Both the position numbers and the translations under genes were made by a program. A model generated the notes under the pieces. It saw only the letters and a program-made list of their open reading frames with translations, was not told the origin of the DNA and did no database searches. DNA of 48,955 nt from Elusimicrobiota bacterium (GTDB lineage: Bacteria > CG03 > SLGR01 > JBDRKX01): positions 1 through 48,955 of the forward strand of contig JBDRKX010000032.1 in NCBI GenBank assembly GCA_043813605.1, written 5' to 3'. Positions within the stretch are counted from its first letter, which is position 1. Each line of letters begins with the position of its first letter. This document shows positions 48,703 through 48,955 of the stretch, piece after piece.

Positions 48703-48731
48703 AATATATCATATAGATACGGTTATGTCAA
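48703..48731 (-). promoter_or_regulatory. Sigma70 promoter of infC-rpmI-rplT
   Basis: TTGACA 48731-48726, 17 nt spacer, TG-extended TATATT 48708-48703. Confidence 0.7.
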
Positions 48732-48752
48732 CCCCCCGAATCAAATGTAGCG

Positions 48753-48798
48753 GCAAAATGATAATGTCCTCTTTGGGCAAAGTAGAAATGTCCTCTTT
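48753..48798 (+). repeat. Tandem subterminal repeats (putative transposase binding sites)
   Basis: GCAAAATGATAATGTCCTCTTT (48753-48774) and GCAAAGTAGAAATGTCCTCTTT (48777-48798). Confidence 0.75.
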
Positions 48799-48827
48799 TG
48801 CTATGATAAAAGGCAAAGGAGGACACA

Positions 48828-48955
48828 ATGAGAAAGGACATTATCAAGATGAGCGAAGAGGAGTTAAACAGGCTAAAAGTGATTCATAAGATATTGGCAA
48901 GACGAATGAAGAAAAAAGCAGCAGCAGACCTTCTTAATCTTTGTGAACAGCAAGT
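48828..48955 (+). CDS. ISNCY/IS1202-family transposase, N-terminal HTH fragment
   Basis: MRKDIIKMSEEELNRLKVIHKILARRMKKKAAADLLNLCEQQ matches the 'MS..E..RL.VI.......AA..L.L..RQV' pattern of this family. Confidence 0.75.
   Translation, partial: MRKDIIKMSEEELNRLKVIHKILARRMKKKAAADLLNLCEQQ

Larger units (their letters stand above)
48746..48955 (+). mobile_element. Left end of an IS1202/ISNCY-type insertion sequence (truncated by window edge)
   Basis: TGT terminus at 48746; two 22-nt imperfect direct repeats; GGAGG RBS and transposase-like start. Confidence 0.75.

Noticed and set aside
48706..48733. Chromosomal dif site
   Set aside because: XerD-arm similarity (TTATGTCAA) is explained by the reverse complement of the infC -35 TTGACA; the XerC arm is poor; the similar TATGTCAACC at 21335-21344 is also a promoter
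1..48955. CRISPR arrays, tRNA/rRNA, retron/DGR, toxin-antitoxin or defence genes
   Set aside because: No spaced repeats, RT/Cas/nuclease motifs or tRNA folds seen; intergenic gaps are short and mostly accounted for

Overview
Mostly core chromosome of a diderm bacterium (LptE, LolA and several lipoproteins). The MTKLPTGRHT N-terminus of S20 tentatively suggests Elusimicrobiota; this is from recall and unchecked. Almost every gene is on the minus strand. Read right to left the order is: IS1202/ISNCY-type element end | infC-rpmI-rplT | pheS-pheT-zapB-like-zapA-6S RNA-rarA-ygfA-rny(frameshifted)-ymdB-folD-xseA-xseB-ispA-dxs-tlyA-leuS-lptE-holA | rpsT(+) | lipoprotein | pgmB remnant(+) | rimP-nusA-infB-DUF503-rbfA-DHH-truB-ribF | Rossmann-GAF-GGDEF cyclase-rpsO-pnp-accB-DUF2582-ftsK-lolA-rodZ-pgsA-pgpA-recA-MBL hydrolase-xerD-DUF362 | FecR-LpoB-like x2-COG3014 lipoprotein | GlcD-like oxidase(+) | two ORFans-cobO and a long secreted fusion that runs off the left edge. 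No CRISPR array, tRNA, rRNA, prophage or defence system was seen. The best leads are: (1) a >=733-aa LolA-like + cysteine-less thioredoxin + beta-propeller fusion missed by the ORF track; (2) infC, whose Shine-Dalgarno points to a GTA start codon; (3) a FecR/tandem-LpoB/COG3014 envelope module with an in-frame TAA in one copy; (4) a putative NAD(H)-sensing diguanylate cyclase placed ahead of rpsO-pnp; (5) altered core enzymes (FolD without the YxxxK lysine, TlyA without S4, PheT without B2, split RNase Y). All protein family calls come from motif recognition by eye; no database search was run.
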